Origin: Candidatus Binatia bacterium
GTDB lineage: Bacteria; Desulfobacterota; Binatia; UBA9968; JAJDTQ01
Assembly: GCA_963666515.2 (NCBI GenBank)
Contig: OY762897.2
Span: 3,232,001-3,296,000 of the forward strand
Direction: 5' to 3'
DNA length: 64,000 bases
Both the position numbers and the translations under genes were made by a program. Of the stretch, positions 23,039 to 37,454 are shown piece by piece. The notes under the pieces are model-generated. The model ran no database searches. It was not told the DNA's origin and worked only from the letters and a program-made list of their open reading frames with translations. How positions within the stretch are numbered: the stretch's first letter is position 1; each line of letters begins with the position of its first letter.

Positions 23039-23276
23039 TCTGCGTGTACTCCTGCCACTTCTCGGGGACCGCGGCCTCCTCGAAAATGGCCTCGACGGGA
23101 CAAACCGGCTCGCAGGCGCCGCAGTCGATGCACTCTTCCGGATCGATGTAGAGCATGTTCTCTTTCTCGAATGTCTCGGGGTCGTTCTTGGTCGGGTGGA
23201 TGCAATCGACAGGGCAAACATCGACGCAAGCCGTATCCTTGACGTCGACACAGGGCTCTGCAATCACGTAGGTCAT
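23013..23276 (-). CDS. 7Fe-type (FdxA-like) ferredoxin
   Basis: [26 protein letters not shown]...[12 protein letters not shown]; GGAGG RBS; candidate promoter TTGACT-17-TAGCAA at 23342-23370. Confidence 0.94.
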   Translation of the reverse strand: MTYVIAEPCVDVKDTACVDVCPVDCIHPTKNDPETFEKENMLYIDPEECIDCGACEPVCPVEAIFEEAAVPEKWQEYTQINADWFQK

Positions 23277-23418
23277 TCACGTCCTCCTGGAGATACTGGT
23301 GGCCTGTCCACGTGTTCCCAACCACGAACAGGTGACTGTTTTTGCTAACAAATAGGCCGGTTCAAGTCAAGCGCGCGGGCCGTCCGGCGCCCCGTCCACG
23401 GCCCCCGTCATCCCCCTT

Positions 23419-24843
23419 TCACCCTTTTCCGGCCCGCTTCCGCGGCAGCGTGTGGGTGGCGGTTCCGTAGAAGCTCTCGGCGCACTCCATGAGGGTCTCG
23501 GAGAGGGTGGGATGCGGGTGGACGGACTCGGCGAGGTCCCTGGCGGTGGCGCCCATCTCGACGGCCAGCACGCCCTCGCCGATCAGCTCGCCGGCTCCGG
23601 CGCCGGTGATGCCCACGCCCAGGATGCGCTCGGTGCCGGGCTCCAGGACCAGCTTGGTCAGCCCTTCGGGGCGGTCGAGGGTGAGCGCCCTGCCGGAGGC
23701 GCCCCAGGGGAACTTCACGACCTCCACCGCCACCTTCCCTGCCTTGGCCTCCTGCTCGGTGAGCCCGCACCAGGCCACCTCCGGCTCGGTGAAGACCACC
23801 GCGGGGATCACCACGCCGTCGATGGTGCCGGACTCGCCGGCGATGACCTCCACCGCCACCCGCGCCTCCTTGACGGCCCGGTGCGCCAGCAAGGCGCCGC
23901 CGTTGGCGTCGCCGATGGCGTAGATGGCCGGGTCCGCAGTCTGCTGCTGGTCGTTGCACTCGATGAAGCCGTTGGCGCCTACCCTGACATCGGTGTTCTC
24001 GATCCCCAGGTCCTCGTAGCTGGGGGTGCGGCCCACGCTCACCAGCACCCGGTCGTAGCTCTCCTCGCGCTTGGCCCCGCCTGCCTCCATGGCCACCTTG
24101 ATCTTCCTCCCGCTGGTGGCCATGCTCAGCACCCGGGTCTTGAGGCGGATCTCCTTGAAAAGCGCCCCGGCCACCTTGGCCACGGGCCGCACCAGGTCCG
24201 CGTCCACCCCCGACAGCAGGTGTTCCAGCGCCTCCACCAGCACGATCTCGCTGCCCAGGCGAGCGTAGACCGTCCCCAGCTCCATGCCGATGTAGCCGCC
24301 TCCCACCACCAGCAGCCGGCCCGGCACGTCCTGAAGCTCCAGCGCCTCGGTGGAGGTCATGATCCGCCGGTTCCCCAGGTCGAAGGCCGCGGGCATGGCC
24401 GGCCTGGAGCCCACCGCGATGATGGCCTTGTCGTAGTTGACGAACTGCTGCCCCTCGGCGGTCTCCACCCGCAGGGTGCGGGAGTCCTCGAAGTGGCCGC
24501 GGCCGTGGAGCCGCTGCACGCCCCGCCGCGAGCACAGCCCGTCCAGCCCCTTGGCGAGCTTGCCGATGACCGAATCCTTCCACGCCCGCAGCTTGTCGAG
24601 CTTCACCTTGGGCTTGCCGAAGGCGACGCCGCGGGCCGCGGACAGCGCCGCCTCGTCGATGACCTGGGTGGCGTGGAGCAGGGCCTTGGACGGGATGCAG
24701 CCGCGGTTGAGGCAGACCCCGCCCAAGCGCTCGTCCCGTTCCACCAGGAGCACGCGCTTTCCCCTGTCCGCGGCGTAGAAGGCCGCGGCATAGCCGCCGG
24801 GGCCTGCGCCGACCACGACGATTTCCGTTTGGATGGGTTCCAC
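23419..24843 (-). CDS. lpdA: Dihydrolipoamide dehydrogenase (E3)
   Basis: GAGPGG, GGVCLNRGCIPSK, GGGYIG, HPHPTLSE. Confidence 0.97.
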   Translation of the reverse strand: MEPIQTEIVVVGAGPGGYAAAFYAADRGKRVLLVERDERLGGVCLNRGCIPSKALLHATQVIDEAALSAARGVAFGKPKVKLDKLRAWKDSVIGKLAKGLDGLCSRRGVQRLHGRGHFEDSRTLRVETAEGQQFVNYDKAIIAVGSRPAMPAAFDLGNRRIMTSTEALELQDVPGRLLVVGGGYIGMELGTVYARLGSEIVLVEALEHLLSGVDADLVRPVAKVAGALFKEIRLKTRVLSMATSGRKIKVAMEAGGAKREESYDRVLVSVGRTPSYEDLGIENTDVRVGANGFIECNDQQQTADPAIYAIGDANGGALLAHRAVKEARVAVEVIAGESGTIDGVVIPAVVFTEPEVAWCGLTEQEAKAGKVAVEVVKFPWGASGRALTLDRPEGLTKLVLEPGTERILGVGITGAGAGELIGEGVLAVEMGATARDLAESVHPHPTLSETLMECAESFYGTATHTLPRKRAGKG

Positions 24844-24884
24844 GGGCCTCCTGACCGATCAGCCGGCCTGTGCCGCCGGCGGGT

Positions 24885-26186
24885 TCATGAGACGGGCCAC
24901 TTGACGTCCGCCTCGGGATAGTCTTCCAGGCAGCGCACGATCTCGCGCAGGAAACGCGCGCCGTCGGCGCCGTCGATCACCCGGTGGTCGTACGAGAGCG
25001 CCAGCGGCAGCACCATCCGCGGCACCACCTTCCGCTCCCGCACCACCGGCCGGTGCACGCCCCGCCCCATGCCCAGCACCGCCACCTGGGGGCTGTTGAC
25101 GATGGGGGTGAAGTAGGAGCCGCCGATGCTTCCCAGGTTCGAGATGGTGAACGTCGCCCCCTGCATCTCGTCCGCGGCGAGCTTGCGCTGCCGGGTGCGT
25201 TCCGCCAACTCGTCCAGCTCGATGGAGAGGGCCAGCAGGTCCTTCTTGTCGGCGTCGCGGATGACCGGCGCGATCAGTCCGGCCTCGGTGTCCACCGCCA
25301 CGCCGATGTGGACGTAGTCGCGGGTGACGATCTCCAGGGCTTGGTAGTCGATGCTGGTCTTGAACGACGGATACCGGGACAGGGCCGACACCGCGGCCTT
25401 GATGGCGAAGGAGGTCACCGTCAGCCGGGCGCCCGCCTTCTCATAGGCCTTGGCGTAGCGTTTGCGCAGCTCCATCAGGCCGGTGATGTCGGCGTCATCG
25501 AACTGGGTGACGTGGGGCACCGTGGTCCACGACTCCGTCATGCGCTGGGCGATGGTGCGCCGGAGCGGCGACATCCGCTCCCGCTTGCTGGGCCCCCACT
25601 TGGTCAGGTCCAGGGTCTGGAAGACGTCGCCCGCGGGCGCCGCGGCTGGAGCCGGCGGCTCCAGCGCCCGCTGCTGAAGCCCCTCGATGTAGCTCCGCAC
25701 GTCCTCCATGACGATGCGGCCGCCGCGCCGGCTGCCCTTCACCCGGGTGAGGTCGATGCCCAGTTCCCGCGCCGTCTTCCGCACCGAGGGCGAGGCCGGC
25801 GGCGGCGCGCCGCTGGCGGAGACGTGGACGTAAGCCTCCGGCGGCGCGGCCGGCGCGGCCGGCGCTTCCGCCGCGGTCCCCGGCGGCAACGCCGGGGCCT
25901 CGGCTGCGGCCGCGGGCGCCTCCCCGGCCGGCGCCAGAGCCGGTTCGGCGGCCCCGTCGTCCTCGATGGTCACCAGCACCTGGCCCACCGAGACCACTTG
26001 GCCCACGTCCACGTGTATCCGCGCCACCTTGCCGGCGCCGGTGGAGGGAATGGGGGCCACCGCCTTCTCGTTCTCCAGCTCCAGGAGGGTCTGGTCCAGC
26101 TCGACCCGGTCCCCTTCCCGGACCACGATGTTGACGACGGTGCCGGAGTCGGCCCCTTCGGCCAGTTTGGGAAGCGTTACGTCCAT
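24885..26186 (-). CDS. aceF: Dihydrolipoamide acetyltransferase (E2), single lipoyl domain
   Basis: LENEKA lipoyl Lys, ASPSVRK E3-binding domain, and catalytic YDHRVIDG. Confidence 0.92.
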   Translation of the reverse strand: MDVTLPKLAEGADSGTVVNIVVREGDRVELDQTLLELENEKAVAPIPSTGAGKVARIHVDVGQVVSVGQVLVTIEDDGAAEPALAPAGEAPAAAAEAPALPPGTAAEAPAAPAAPPEAYVHVSASGAPPPASPSVRKTARELGIDLTRVKGSRRGGRIVMEDVRSYIEGLQQRALEPPAPAAAPAGDVFQTLDLTKWGPSKRERMSPLRRTIAQRMTESWTTVPHVTQFDDADITGLMELRKRYAKAYEKAGARLTVTSFAIKAAVSALSRYPSFKTSIDYQALEIVTRDYVHIGVAVDTEAGLIAPVIRDADKKDLLALSIELDELAERTRQRKLAADEMQGATFTISNLGSIGGSYFTPIVNSPQVAVLGMGRGVHRPVVRERKVVPRMVLPLALSYDHRVIDGADGARFLREIVRCLEDYPEADVKWPVS

Positions 26187-26202
26187 GGGCTGCGGGCCGC
26201 GG

Positions 26203-28956
<2,754 letters not shown>

Positions 28957-29179
28957 GCTCTTCCGGGGATGCGACGAAAACGTTTGCGCAAGCGGCACCT
29001 GCCGGGCAACATATTCACCGCCGCCCGCACCTGTCAAGCCCTTTCGGGCGGCGGCGCCGCGACCGGAAGCACCCCCGGAGGAGGCGGCGCCACGACCGGA
29101 GAACACCGCCCGGAGACGGCGCGTCGCGGCCGGAGAACACCGCCGCGGACGGCCCTTTCGCGACCGACGGCGATCCGCC

Positions 29180-29899
29180 ATGCAGTGCCTCGACCTGACG
29201 CTACCGACCCCCGAAGCGAACCTGGCCTGCGACGAGGCGCTGCTGGACGACTGCGAGGAGAGGCAGGACCGGGAGGTCCTCCGGTTCTGGGAATCGCCCG
29301 ATCCGTTCGTGGTGCTAGGCCTCGCCGGCCGGCGCGACCGCGAGGTCCACCTGCCGGCGTGCCGCGCCCGGGACATCCCCGTGCTGCGGCGATGCAGCGG
29401 CGGCGGCGCCGTGGTCCAGGGTCCCGGCTGCCTGAGCTACGCGCTGGTGCTGCGCATTTCCGGCGACCGCGCGCTGGAGCGCATCGATTCCGCCAACGCC
29501 TTCGTCATGGAGCGTCACCGGCGCGCGCTGGCCGAAGCCACCGGCCTGCCCGTCCGGCGCGAGGGCGTCACCGACCTGGCTGTGGGCGGGCGGAAGTTCT
29601 CCGGCAACGCCCAGCGCCGGCGGCGGCGCTGCCTGCTGTTCCACGGCACCTTCCTGCTGGACTTCCCGATCCCGCTGATGGAAGCGATCCTGCCGTACCC
29701 GCCCGCGGCGCCCGGCTACCGCGGCGAGCGTCCCCACCGCACATTCGTCACCAACCTGCACCAGCCCGCAGCCCGCATCAAGGCCCTGCTGACGCGCGCC
29801 TGGAAGGCCGAACCCGGCAGCGTCGATGTCCCGGACGAGCCCATCGCGTCGCTGGTGGCGCAAAAGTACGCGCTGCGGAGCTGGAACGAACGGTGCTGA
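29180..29899 (+). CDS. Lipoate-protein ligase A family (catalytic domain only; LplA/LipM-like)
   Basis: NLACDEALL, LRFW, RRCSGGGAV, KFSGNAQ, HGTFL; start ATG 29180. Confidence 0.88.
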   Translation: MQCLDLTLPTPEANLACDEALLDDCEERQDREVLRFWESPDPFVVLGLAGRRDREVHLPACRARDIPVLRRCSGGGAVVQGPGCLSYALVLRISGDRALERIDSANAFVMERHRRALAEATGLPVRREGVTDLAVGGRKFSGNAQRRRRRCLLFHGTFLLDFPIPLMEAILPYPPAAPGYRGERPHRTFVTNLHQPAARIKALLTRAWKAEPGSVDVPDEPIASLVAQKYALRSWNERC

Positions 29900-29925
29900 G
29901 AGCAGCGGAGGTGCAGGGGCGGGGT

Positions 29926-31842
29926 TCAAACTTGGCCGTGTCCTACTGCCCCATGATCCGCTGTCGACCGGAGATGGTCGATCACCTTGTCGGCGATCTC
30001 GTCGACGCTGTGCTCGGCGGTCTTCAGCACGATATCCGGGTTCTCGGGCGGCTCGTAGGCGCTGTCGACCCCGGTGAAGTTCTTGATCTGACCGGCCCGG
30101 GCCTTGCGGTAGAGCCCCTTGGGGTCGCGCTGCTCGCAGACCTCGATGGGGCAGTCGACGAAGATCTCGACGAACTCGCCTTCGTCCATCATCTCGCGGG
30201 CCATGGTGCGCTCGTCGCGGAAGGGCGAGATCACGGAAACCAGGACGATCAGCCCGGCATCGACGAACAGCTTGGCGACCTCGGCGATGCGGCGCACGTT
30301 CTCCACCCGGTCCGCCGCGGTGAAGCCCAGGTCCCGGGTCAACCCGTGCCGCAGGTTGTCGCCGTCCAGGGTGTAGCTGTGCCGGCCCATGGCGTGGAGG
30401 CGCCGTTCCACCGCGTTGGCGGTGGCCGACTTGCCCGCCCCCGACAACCCGGTGAACCACAGGACGCACGCCTTCTGGCTCTTCTGCGCCGCCCGTGCCG
30501 GCTTGTCGATGGCGAGTTGGTGCGGGGTCAGGTTGGAGCCTCGCCACAGGCCGAAATCGATCATGCCGGCGCCCACCGTTTCGTTGGTGTAACGATCGAT
30601 GAGGATGAAGCCGCCTGTCTCCCTCAACTCCCGGTAGGGGTCGAAGGCGATCCGCCGGTCCAGCCCGATGTTGCAACAGGCGATGTCGTTGAGGCCGAGG
30701 GTCCTGGCCGCGGCGTGCTCCAGCGTGGTGACGTTGAGCTTGTACTTGATGGCCGTTATCTGCGCCCCGAGCAGGCGTGTGCCGATTTGCAGAAGATACG
30801 GGCGCTCGGGCAGCAGCGGGTTCTCGTGCATCCACACGATGTGACAGGCGAACTGGTCGCTGAGGCTCGGTGGGTCGGCGGCCGAGGCGATGATGTCTCC
30901 GCGGCTGACGTCGACCTCGTCGGCGAAGGTGAGCGTCACCGCCTGACCGGCGCGCACGTGGTCGAGGTCGCCGTCCGGTCCCACGATGCGTTTTACGGTC
31001 GAGATTTTCTGTGAGGGGAACAGCATCACGGGGTCGCCGGTGCTCACGAGCCCGGACGCGACGGTGCCGGCGAAACCGCGGAAATCGGCGCTTGGACGGT
31101 TCACCCACTGCACCGGCATGCGGAAGGGCGCGCTCTCGCGGCCGGCGGCCACCTCGGCGGATTCCAGGCCTTGCAGCAGCGTCGGCCCGTCGTACCAATC
31201 CATGGCGGCGGACGGCCCGGTGACGTTGTCGCCGGTGAGCGCCGACACCGGAATGCAGGTCACGCCGGTCACGTCGAGCCGCTTCGCGAAGTCGCCGTAG
31301 GCCCCGGCGATGCCGTCGTAGACGTCCCTGGACCAGTCCACCAGGTCCATCTTGTTGATGGCCGCGATTACGTGGCGCACCCCCAGGAGGGAGAGGATCG
31401 TCGTGTGGCGGCAGGTCTGCGGCAGCACGCCCTTGCGGGCGTCGATCAGGACCACCGCGAGGTCGGCGGTGGAGGCGCCGGTGGCCATGTTGCGCGTGTA
31501 CTGCTCGTGTCCGGGCGTGTCCGCGACGATGAAGGATCGCCTGCCGGTTGAAAACATGCGGTAGGCGACATCGATGGTGATGCCCTGCTCGCGCTCCGCC
31601 TGAAGTCCGTCCACCAGGAGCGCCAGGTCGAGGTCGTCGCCCTGGGTGCCGTGCCGCTTGCTGTCGGCCTCTACCTTGGCGAGCTGGTCCTGAAAGACCA
31701 GCCGGGACTCGTAGAGCAGCCGCCCGATCAGCGTGGACTTGCCGTCGTCCACGCTGCCGCAGGTGATGAAGCGCAGGATGTCCCGGTCTTCGCGGGCGTT
31801 GACGTAGGCGCGGAATTCCCGATCGTCCGGCGTGGCGGACAT
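29926..31842 (-). CDS. cysNC: Bifunctional sulfate adenylyltransferase subunit 1 / APS kinase
   Basis: [14 protein letters not shown] and NKMD GTPase motifs; C-terminal [25 protein letters not shown]. Confidence 0.96.
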   Translation of the reverse strand: MSATPDDREFRAYVNAREDRDILRFITCGSVDDGKSTLIGRLLYESRLVFQDQLAKVEADSKRHGTQGDDLDLALLVDGLQAEREQGITIDVAYRMFSTGRRSFIVADTPGHEQYTRNMATGASTADLAVVLIDARKGVLPQTCRHTTILSLLGVRHVIAAINKMDLVDWSRDVYDGIAGAYGDFAKRLDVTGVTCIPVSALTGDNVTGPSAAMDWYDGPTLLQGLESAEVAAGRESAPFRMPVQWVNRPSADFRGFAGTVASGLVSTGDPVMLFPSQKISTVKRIVGPDGDLDHVRAGQAVTLTFADEVDVSRGDIIASAADPPSLSDQFACHIVWMHENPLLPERPYLLQIGTRLLGAQITAIKYKLNVTTLEHAAARTLGLNDIACCNIGLDRRIAFDPYRELRETGGFILIDRYTNETVGAGMIDFGLWRGSNLTPHQLAIDKPARAAQKSQKACVLWFTGLSGAGKSATANAVERRLHAMGRHSYTLDGDNLRHGLTRDLGFTAADRVENVRRIAEVAKLFVDAGLIVLVSVISPFRDERTMAREMMDEGEFVEIFVDCPIEVCEQRDPKGLYRKARAGQIKNFTGVDSAYEPPENPDIVLKTAEHSVDEIADKVIDHLRSTADHGAVGHGQV

Positions 31843-32753
31843 CAGAAATACCCCTCCTGCTTCTTGCGCTCCATGGAGCCCTCTCCGTCGTGGTCGATGA
31901 CGCGCCCCTGGCGCTCGGAGTGCGTGGCCGTGAGCATCTCGCGGATGATCGCAGGCACGCTGCCGGCGTCGGACTCGATGGCGCCGGACAGCGGGTAGCA
32001 GCCCAGCGTGCGGAAACGCACCTTCTTCATCTCCGGCTCTTCGCCGGGCTCGAGCTTCATGCGCTCGTCCGCCACCATGATCAACGTTCCCGAGCGGGGC
32101 ACCACCGGGCGCGGAGCGGCGAAGTAGAGCGGCACCACCGGAATGTTCTCCCGGTCGATGTAGTTCCACACATCCAGCTCGGTCCAGTTGGAAAGCGGGA
32201 AGACCCGCATGGACTCGCCCTGGCGGATGCGGGTATTGTAGAGGCGCCAAAGCTCCGGGCGCTGGTTCTTGGGATCCCACCGGTGCGACTGCGAGCGCAA
32301 CGAGAACACCCTTTCCTTGGCTCGGGACATCTCCTCGTCACGCCGCGCCCCGGCCAGCGCCGCATCGAACCCGTGCTTGTCGAGCGCCTGCTTCAGCGCC
32401 TGGGTCTTCATGACGTCGGTGTGGAGCGCCGAACCGTGAGTGAAGGGGTTGATGCCCCGGGCCACTCCCTCCTGATTGATATGGACGATCAGCTCCATTC
32501 CGGTCTCGCGGGCCGTGCGCTCGCGGAACTCGTACATTTCCGGAAACTTCCAGGTCGTATCTACGTGCAGCAGGGGGAAGGGGGGCGGCGCCGGATGAAA
32601 GGCCTTCTGCGCCAGCCGCACAAGGACCGAGCTGTCCTTGCCGATGGAGTAGAGCATGACCGGCTTCGAGAACGCGGCCACCACCTCGCGCATGATGTAG
32701 ATGGATTCGGCCTCAAGCTGGTCAAGATGGCCTGGGCCGTGGTGCTTGGCCAT
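31842..32753 (-). CDS. cysD: Sulfate adenylyltransferase subunit 2
   Basis: [36 protein letters not shown], and terminal GYF. Confidence 0.97.
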   Translation of the reverse strand: MAKHHGPGHLDQLEAESIYIMREVVAAFSKPVMLYSIGKDSSVLVRLAQKAFHPAPPPFPLLHVDTTWKFPEMYEFRERTARETGMELIVHINQEGVARGINPFTHGSALHTDVMKTQALKQALDKHGFDAALAGARRDEEMSRAKERVFSLRSQSHRWDPKNQRPELWRLYNTRIRQGESMRVFPLSNWTELDVWNYIDRENIPVVPLYFAAPRPVVPRSGTLIMVADERMKLEPGEEPEMKKVRFRTLGCYPLSGAIESDAGSVPAIIREMLTATHSERQGRVIDHDGEGSMERKKQEGYF

Positions 32754-32851
32754 GCGGAAGTCCTCGCAGATGACCCTGACGATGTTTGACCATCCTGCAC
32801 GCCACGGCAAGGAGCCATTGACGTTGAATGGAACGGGATCGGACCCCCGGC

Positions 32852-33769
32852 TCACACGAGCGTCAGCCAGTGAAGGTAGCCTTCGTCCCGGCCCCGGATG
32901 ACGTCGAAGAAGGACTGCTGCAGGTCGAGGGTCACCGGCCCCGGCTTCCCCTCGCCGATGGTGCGGTCATCCACCTCGCGGATGGGCGTCACCTCGGCCG
33001 CGGTGCCGGTGAGGAAGGCCTCGTCGGCGATGTAGAGGGCGTCCCGGGCAAAGCGCTCCTCGCGGACCATGTATCCCTTGGCGCGCGCCAGCTCGATGAC
33101 GCTGGCGCGGTTGATGCCGGGGAGGATGGAGGTCACCGGCGCGGTCCTCAGCTCACCGTCCTTGACGATGAAGAGGTTCTCGCCGCTGGCCTCGGAGACG
33201 CATCCCTCAGGGTCGAGCATGATGGCCTCGTCGTAGCCCGCCTGCTTCACCTCGTGCTTGGCCATCACCGAGTTCACGTAGTTGCCGGAGATCTTGCTGT
33301 TGGTCATCATCACGTTGACGTGATGCCGCGTGTAGGACGAGACCTTGGCGCGGATGCCCTGCTTGAGTCCCTCGTCACCCAGGTACGCCCCCCAGGCCCA
33401 CGCCGCCACGATGACCCGCACCGGGTTGTTGAGCGCGTACAGCCCCATCTCGCCGTCGCCCACGAACGCCAGCGGCCGGATGTAGCACTCCTTCAGCCGG
33501 TTGACCCGGATCACCTCCAGCACGGCCTCGGTCATCTGCCCGATGCTGTACGGCAGCGGCGTGCCGAGGATGTGCCCCGAGTCCCGGAGGCGCTGGACGT
33601 GCTCGGCCAGCCGGAACACCGCCGAGCGGTCATCCTCCAGCGCATAGCAGCGGATCCCCTCGAAATAGGCGGTGCCGTAGTGGAGCGCGTGGCTCATGAC
33701 GTGGAACCGGGCGTCGTCCCAGTCCACCATCTCGCCGTCGACCCAGATCTTTTCACTCCTCACAGACAT
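32852..33769 (-). CDS. ilvE: Branched-chain amino acid aminotransferase
   Basis: HALHYG...[35 protein letters not shown]. Confidence 0.95.
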   Translation of the reverse strand: MSVRSEKIWVDGEMVDWDDARFHVMSHALHYGTAYFEGIRCYALEDDRSAVFRLAEHVQRLRDSGHILGTPLPYSIGQMTEAVLEVIRVNRLKECYIRPLAFVGDGEMGLYALNNPVRVIVAAWAWGAYLGDEGLKQGIRAKVSSYTRHHVNVMMTNSKISGNYVNSVMAKHEVKQAGYDEAIMLDPEGCVSEASGENLFIVKDGELRTAPVTSILPGINRASVIELARAKGYMVREERFARDALYIADEAFLTGTAAEVTPIREVDDRTIGEGKPGPVTLDLQQSFFDVIRGRDEGYLHWLTLV

Positions 33770-33884
33770 CGGCACTCCCCGTATCGCTTTCCCCGCGCGC
33801 AAGCACAAGAACGACAAAAGGCCGCCACGCCAACGCGATGGCGGCCGCTACAGACTCATATTTCTTCAGATTCGGTGTGGAATG

Positions 33885-34949
33885 TCAATCTTCGGACGGC
33901 GCGGCGGCGCAGGGGAACACGACGACGTTGGCGGGACGGACGGTGACCTTCACCCGGGCGCCGGCGGAGAGGATGCGGGTGGACGGCTGGCTGCTGCGGA
34001 CCTGCGCGCCGGACCGAAGCGTGAGGAGGTAGATGTTCTCGGCGCCGCGAAACCGCCGCCGCGCCACCACCGCGGCGCCGTCCTCGGCGGGCTCGATCTC
34101 CACCTCGTCCGGCCGCACCAGCAGCTCGACCCTGGCGCCTTGGGGCAGACCGGCGTCATTGGGAAAACTCCCCACCTCGGTCTCGATGGCGTCCCCCACC
34201 ACGCCCGGAATGAAGTCCGACTTTCCCACGAACTCGGCGACGAAGCGGGTCCGGGGCCGGCGGTACAGCGCCTCCGGCTCGGAAAGCTGCTCCAGCACGC
34301 CGTTGTTGAGGACGCCCACGCGGTCGGCCACCGCAAGGGCCTCTTCCTGATCGTGGGTCACCATGACCGCGCTGGTCTCGGACGCGCTCAGGATCCGCAG
34401 CAGCTCGTCGCGCATCTCGGCTTTCATGTCGACGTCGAGGTTGCTGAAGGGCTCGTCGAGGAGCAGCACCAGGGGCTTGGGCGCCAGCGCCCGGGCCAAG
34501 GCCACCCGCTGCTGCTGGCCGCCGGAAAGCTCGTGGGGATAGCGTTGCGCCAGCTCTTTCATCCCCACCACGTCCAGCACCTCCCGCGCGGAATCGGCAC
34601 GCGATGTCCGCGGCCCGTTCCGAAGCCCGAACATGACGTTGTCCAGCAGGGTCAGATGCGGGAACAGGGCGTAGTCCTGGAAGACCATGCCGATGCGCCT
34701 CTGCTCGGGCTCGATCCACATGCCTTCGCCGGATACCGGGGCTCCGTTGAGCAGGATCCGGCCGCTGTCGGGCCGGTCGAAGCCCGCGATCAGGCGCAAC
34801 GTCGTGGTCTTGCCGGAGCCGCTGGGGCCCAGAAGCGCCAGGATCTCACGCTGGTTCAGGGTGAAGCTCACTCCGGAGACCGCGGCCGGACTGCCGCGCG
34901 CGTGGCTCTTCCAGACGTCTTCGAGGGTGATAAGGCCGGCGGCGTCCAT
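33885..34949 (-). CDS. ABC transporter ATP-binding protein, FbpC/PotA type with TOBE domain
   Basis: GPSGSGKT, VFQDYALFPH, LSGGQQQR, LLLDEPFSNLD. Confidence 0.9.
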   Translation of the reverse strand: MDAAGLITLEDVWKSHARGSPAAVSGVSFTLNQREILALLGPSGSGKTTTLRLIAGFDRPDSGRILLNGAPVSGEGMWIEPEQRRIGMVFQDYALFPHLTLLDNVMFGLRNGPRTSRADSAREVLDVVGMKELAQRYPHELSGGQQQRVALARALAPKPLVLLLDEPFSNLDVDMKAEMRDELLRILSASETSAVMVTHDQEEALAVADRVGVLNNGVLEQLSEPEALYRRPRTRFVAEFVGKSDFIPGVVGDAIETEVGSFPNDAGLPQGARVELLVRPDEVEIEPAEDGAAVVARRRFRGAENIYLLTLRSGAQVRSSQPSTRILSAGARVKVTVRPANVVVFPCAAAPSED

Positions 34950-34954
34950 CGGAC

Positions 34955-36289
34955 TCACGCTTCCCGCACCGCGGCGACGCCCTCGCCCGTCTCCAGCCAC
35001 CAGCGCTCCAGGTCCCGGAGGGAGCGTTCGGCCATGAGCTCCTTCTTGCGCCGCCCCTTCGCCTTGACCGGCAGATCCGGGAAAAGGCCGAAGTTGACGT
35101 TCATGGGCTGGAAGTCTTCCCTCCCGGTATCGGAAATGTAGCGAAGCAGCGCGCCCAGGGCGGTGGTGGCCGGCGGCGTCACCGGCTTCCCGCTAGCAGC
35201 CAGGCGGGCCGCGTTGACCCCGGCCAGGAGCCCGGACGCGGCCGACTCGATGTATCCTTCGACGCCGGTGATCTGTCCGGCGAATAAGAGCCGCGGCGCC
35301 CCGCGCCATTGCAGCGTGGGCAAGAGGTGCCGCGGCGCGTTGATGAAGGTGTTGCGGTGCAGGCTGCCGTAGCGCACGAACACCGCGTCGGCCAGCCCGG
35401 GAATCAGCGAGAAGACCCGCTTCTGCTCGGGATACGTCATCTTGGTCTGGAAGCCCACGAGGTTGTACAGCGTGGCCTCGCGGTTCTCCTGGCGCAACTG
35501 CACCACCGCGTAGGGCCGCTGCCCGGTGGCCGGGTCCACCAGCCCGGTGGGCCTCAGCGGGCCGAAGGCCAGGGTCTCCCGCCCTCGCCGGGCCATCTCC
35601 TCGACCGGGAGGCAGCCCTCGAAGAAGCGCTCGAAGCTCCGCACCGGCACCTTCTCCGCAGCGGTGACCTCGTCCACCAGCCGGTAGTAGTCCTCCCGGC
35701 TGAGCGGCAGGTTCAGGTAGTCGCCGGGCTTCTCGTCGTAGCGGGAGGCGCGGAACGCCACCGACGAGTCCACGGACTCCGCGGTGACCACCGGGGAGAT
35801 GGCGTCGTAGTAGTAGAGGTGCTCGGCCCCCAGCAGCTCGCCGATGCGCTGCGAAAGCGGCTGCGCGGTGAGGGGCCCGGTGGCGATGATGGTCAGGCCG
35901 GGCGGAACCGTCTCCAGCTCGCGCCGCATCAGCCGCAGGCCCGGCAGGGACGCCACCTTTTCCGAAACGGCCTCGGCGAACCGCGTGCGGTCAACCGCCA
36001 GCGCGGAGCCCGCGGGCACCTGGTGCTCTTCGCCCACGGTGAGGATCAGGGAGCCCATGCGCCGCATCTCTTCCTTGAGCAGCCCGGCCCCCGCGGTCAG
36101 CGACCGGGAACGGAACGAGTTGCTGCACACCAACTCGGCCAGATGGCCGGTGGCGTGGGCCTCGGTCCGGGTGACCGGCCTCATCTCGTACAGGTCCACC
36201 GGCACACCCCGCCGGGCGAGCTGCCAAGCGGCCTCGCATCCGGCGAGACCGCCGCCCACGATGGTGACACGTTGGATGGCTTCGTTCAT
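34955..36289 (-). CDS. trmFO: Methylenetetrahydrofolate-tRNA-(uracil-5)-methyltransferase
   Basis: [36 protein letters not shown]. Confidence 0.96.
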   Translation of the reverse strand: MNEAIQRVTIVGGGLAGCEAAWQLARRGVPVDLYEMRPVTRTEAHATGHLAELVCSNSFRSRSLTAGAGLLKEEMRRMGSLILTVGEEHQVPAGSALAVDRTRFAEAVSEKVASLPGLRLMRRELETVPPGLTIIATGPLTAQPLSQRIGELLGAEHLYYYDAISPVVTAESVDSSVAFRASRYDEKPGDYLNLPLSREDYYRLVDEVTAAEKVPVRSFERFFEGCLPVEEMARRGRETLAFGPLRPTGLVDPATGQRPYAVVQLRQENREATLYNLVGFQTKMTYPEQKRVFSLIPGLADAVFVRYGSLHRNTFINAPRHLLPTLQWRGAPRLLFAGQITGVEGYIESAASGLLAGVNAARLAASGKPVTPPATTALGALLRYISDTGREDFQPMNVNFGLFPDLPVKAKGRRKKELMAERSLRDLERWWLETGEGVAAVREA

Positions 36290-36296
36290 TTCCCGC

Positions 36297-37454
36297 TCAC
36301 AGGCTCCCGGCTATCGCAGAGTTTAACGCATATCTCTTTCCTGGCAACTGCCTGAGCAGGCCCTGCAGCTCCATCTCCAGAAGCACCTCGCAGACCTGCT
36401 GCGCCGGCAGGCCCGTCCGGTGAATGACCTCGTCCATCTGCAGCGGTCCGGCCTCGAGGTCCCGCAGGATCGCTCCGGCCGGGCCTTCGAGGGGTGCCCC
36501 TCCGCCGGAAACGCCGCCGGAGCCGGTTGCCGTCGGGGTGGACGCAAGCGCCGAGGCAGGCAACTGCGGCGCGATCTCCTCGATGACGTCGGTCACGTCC
36601 TCCACCAGCTTGGCTCCCTGACGGATCAGCCGGTGGGGACCCCGGCTGCGGGCGGCGCCGGCCGGGCCGGGGACCGCGAACACCTCCCGGCCCTGCTCCA
36701 ACGCCCAGCGGGCAGTGATCAACGAACCGCTCCGCTCGGTGGCTTCCACCACCACCACGCCCAGCGAGAGGCCGCTGATGATCCTGTTGCGGGCGGGGAA
36801 GTGTCGCGACAAGGGAGCAGTCCCCATGGGATGCTCGGAAAGCACCGCGCCGCTCTCCTCGATGCGGCGGCAGAGGTCACGGTGCTCCGGCGGATAGGGC
36901 ACATCCACGCCCGAGCCCAGCACCGCCAGGGTGCGGCCGCCTCGGGACAGCGCCGTTTCATGCGCTTCGCCGTCGATGCCGCGGGCCATGCCGCTGACCA
37001 CGGCGACGCCGGCGGCCGCCAGACCCCGGCACAGCAGACGGGTCATCTCGCGGCCGTACTCGCTGGGCGCGCGGGTGCCGACCACCCCCACCGCCGCACG
37101 CCCGGCCGCGTCCGGCGAACCCTTGACGTAAAGCACAGGAGGCGGGTCGGGAAGGACGCGCAGGCGCTCGGGGTACGAGGCGTCGGAGTAGCGCAAGAGC
37201 AGGCATCCCGCGTCCCGCACCCGACGCATCTCGTCCGCCAGACGGTCCCAGCCCGAAAACGCCAGCAGGCCCTCGACCGCGGCGCGGCTCAGCCCGGGAA
37301 CCTCGCGCAACGCCACGCGACCGCCGAAGAAGGCATCGGTGGGGTCGGCGAAGAACTCCGCGATGCGCCGGAACCCGACGCACCCGAGCCCCGGCGTCTG
37401 TCCGAAGGCCAGCCACGCGAGGTCCCGCCGGCTCTCACCCGGCGCCCGGCTCAC
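36297..37454 (-). CDS. dprA: DNA processing protein DprA
   Basis: YPERL...[40 protein letters not shown]-terminal winged helix; GTG overlaps the der stop. Confidence 0.93.
   Translation of the reverse strand: MSRAPGESRRDLAWLAFGQTPGLGCVGFRRIAEFFADPTDAFFGGRVALREVPGLSRAAVEGLLAFSGWDRLADEMRRVRDAGCLLLRYSDASYPERLRVLPDPPPVLYVKGSPDAAGRAAVGVVGTRAPSEYGREMTRLLCRGLAAAGVAVVSGMARGIDGEAHETALSRGGRTLAVLGSGVDVPYPPEHRDLCRRIEESGAVLSEHPMGTAPLSRHFPARNRIISGLSLGVVVVEATERSGSLITARWALEQGREVFAVPGPAGAARSRGPHRLIRQGAKLVEDVTDVIEEIAPQLPASALASTPTATGSGGVSGGGAPLEGPAGAILRDLEAGPLQMDEVIHRTGLPAQQVCEVLLEMELQGLLRQLPGKRYALNSAIAGSL

Noticed and set aside
32812-32849. Weak palindrome upstream of cysD (CCATTGACGTTGAATGG...GGATCGGACCCC)
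   Set aside because: Too degenerate to assign to a repeat family, terminator or operator from this window alone.
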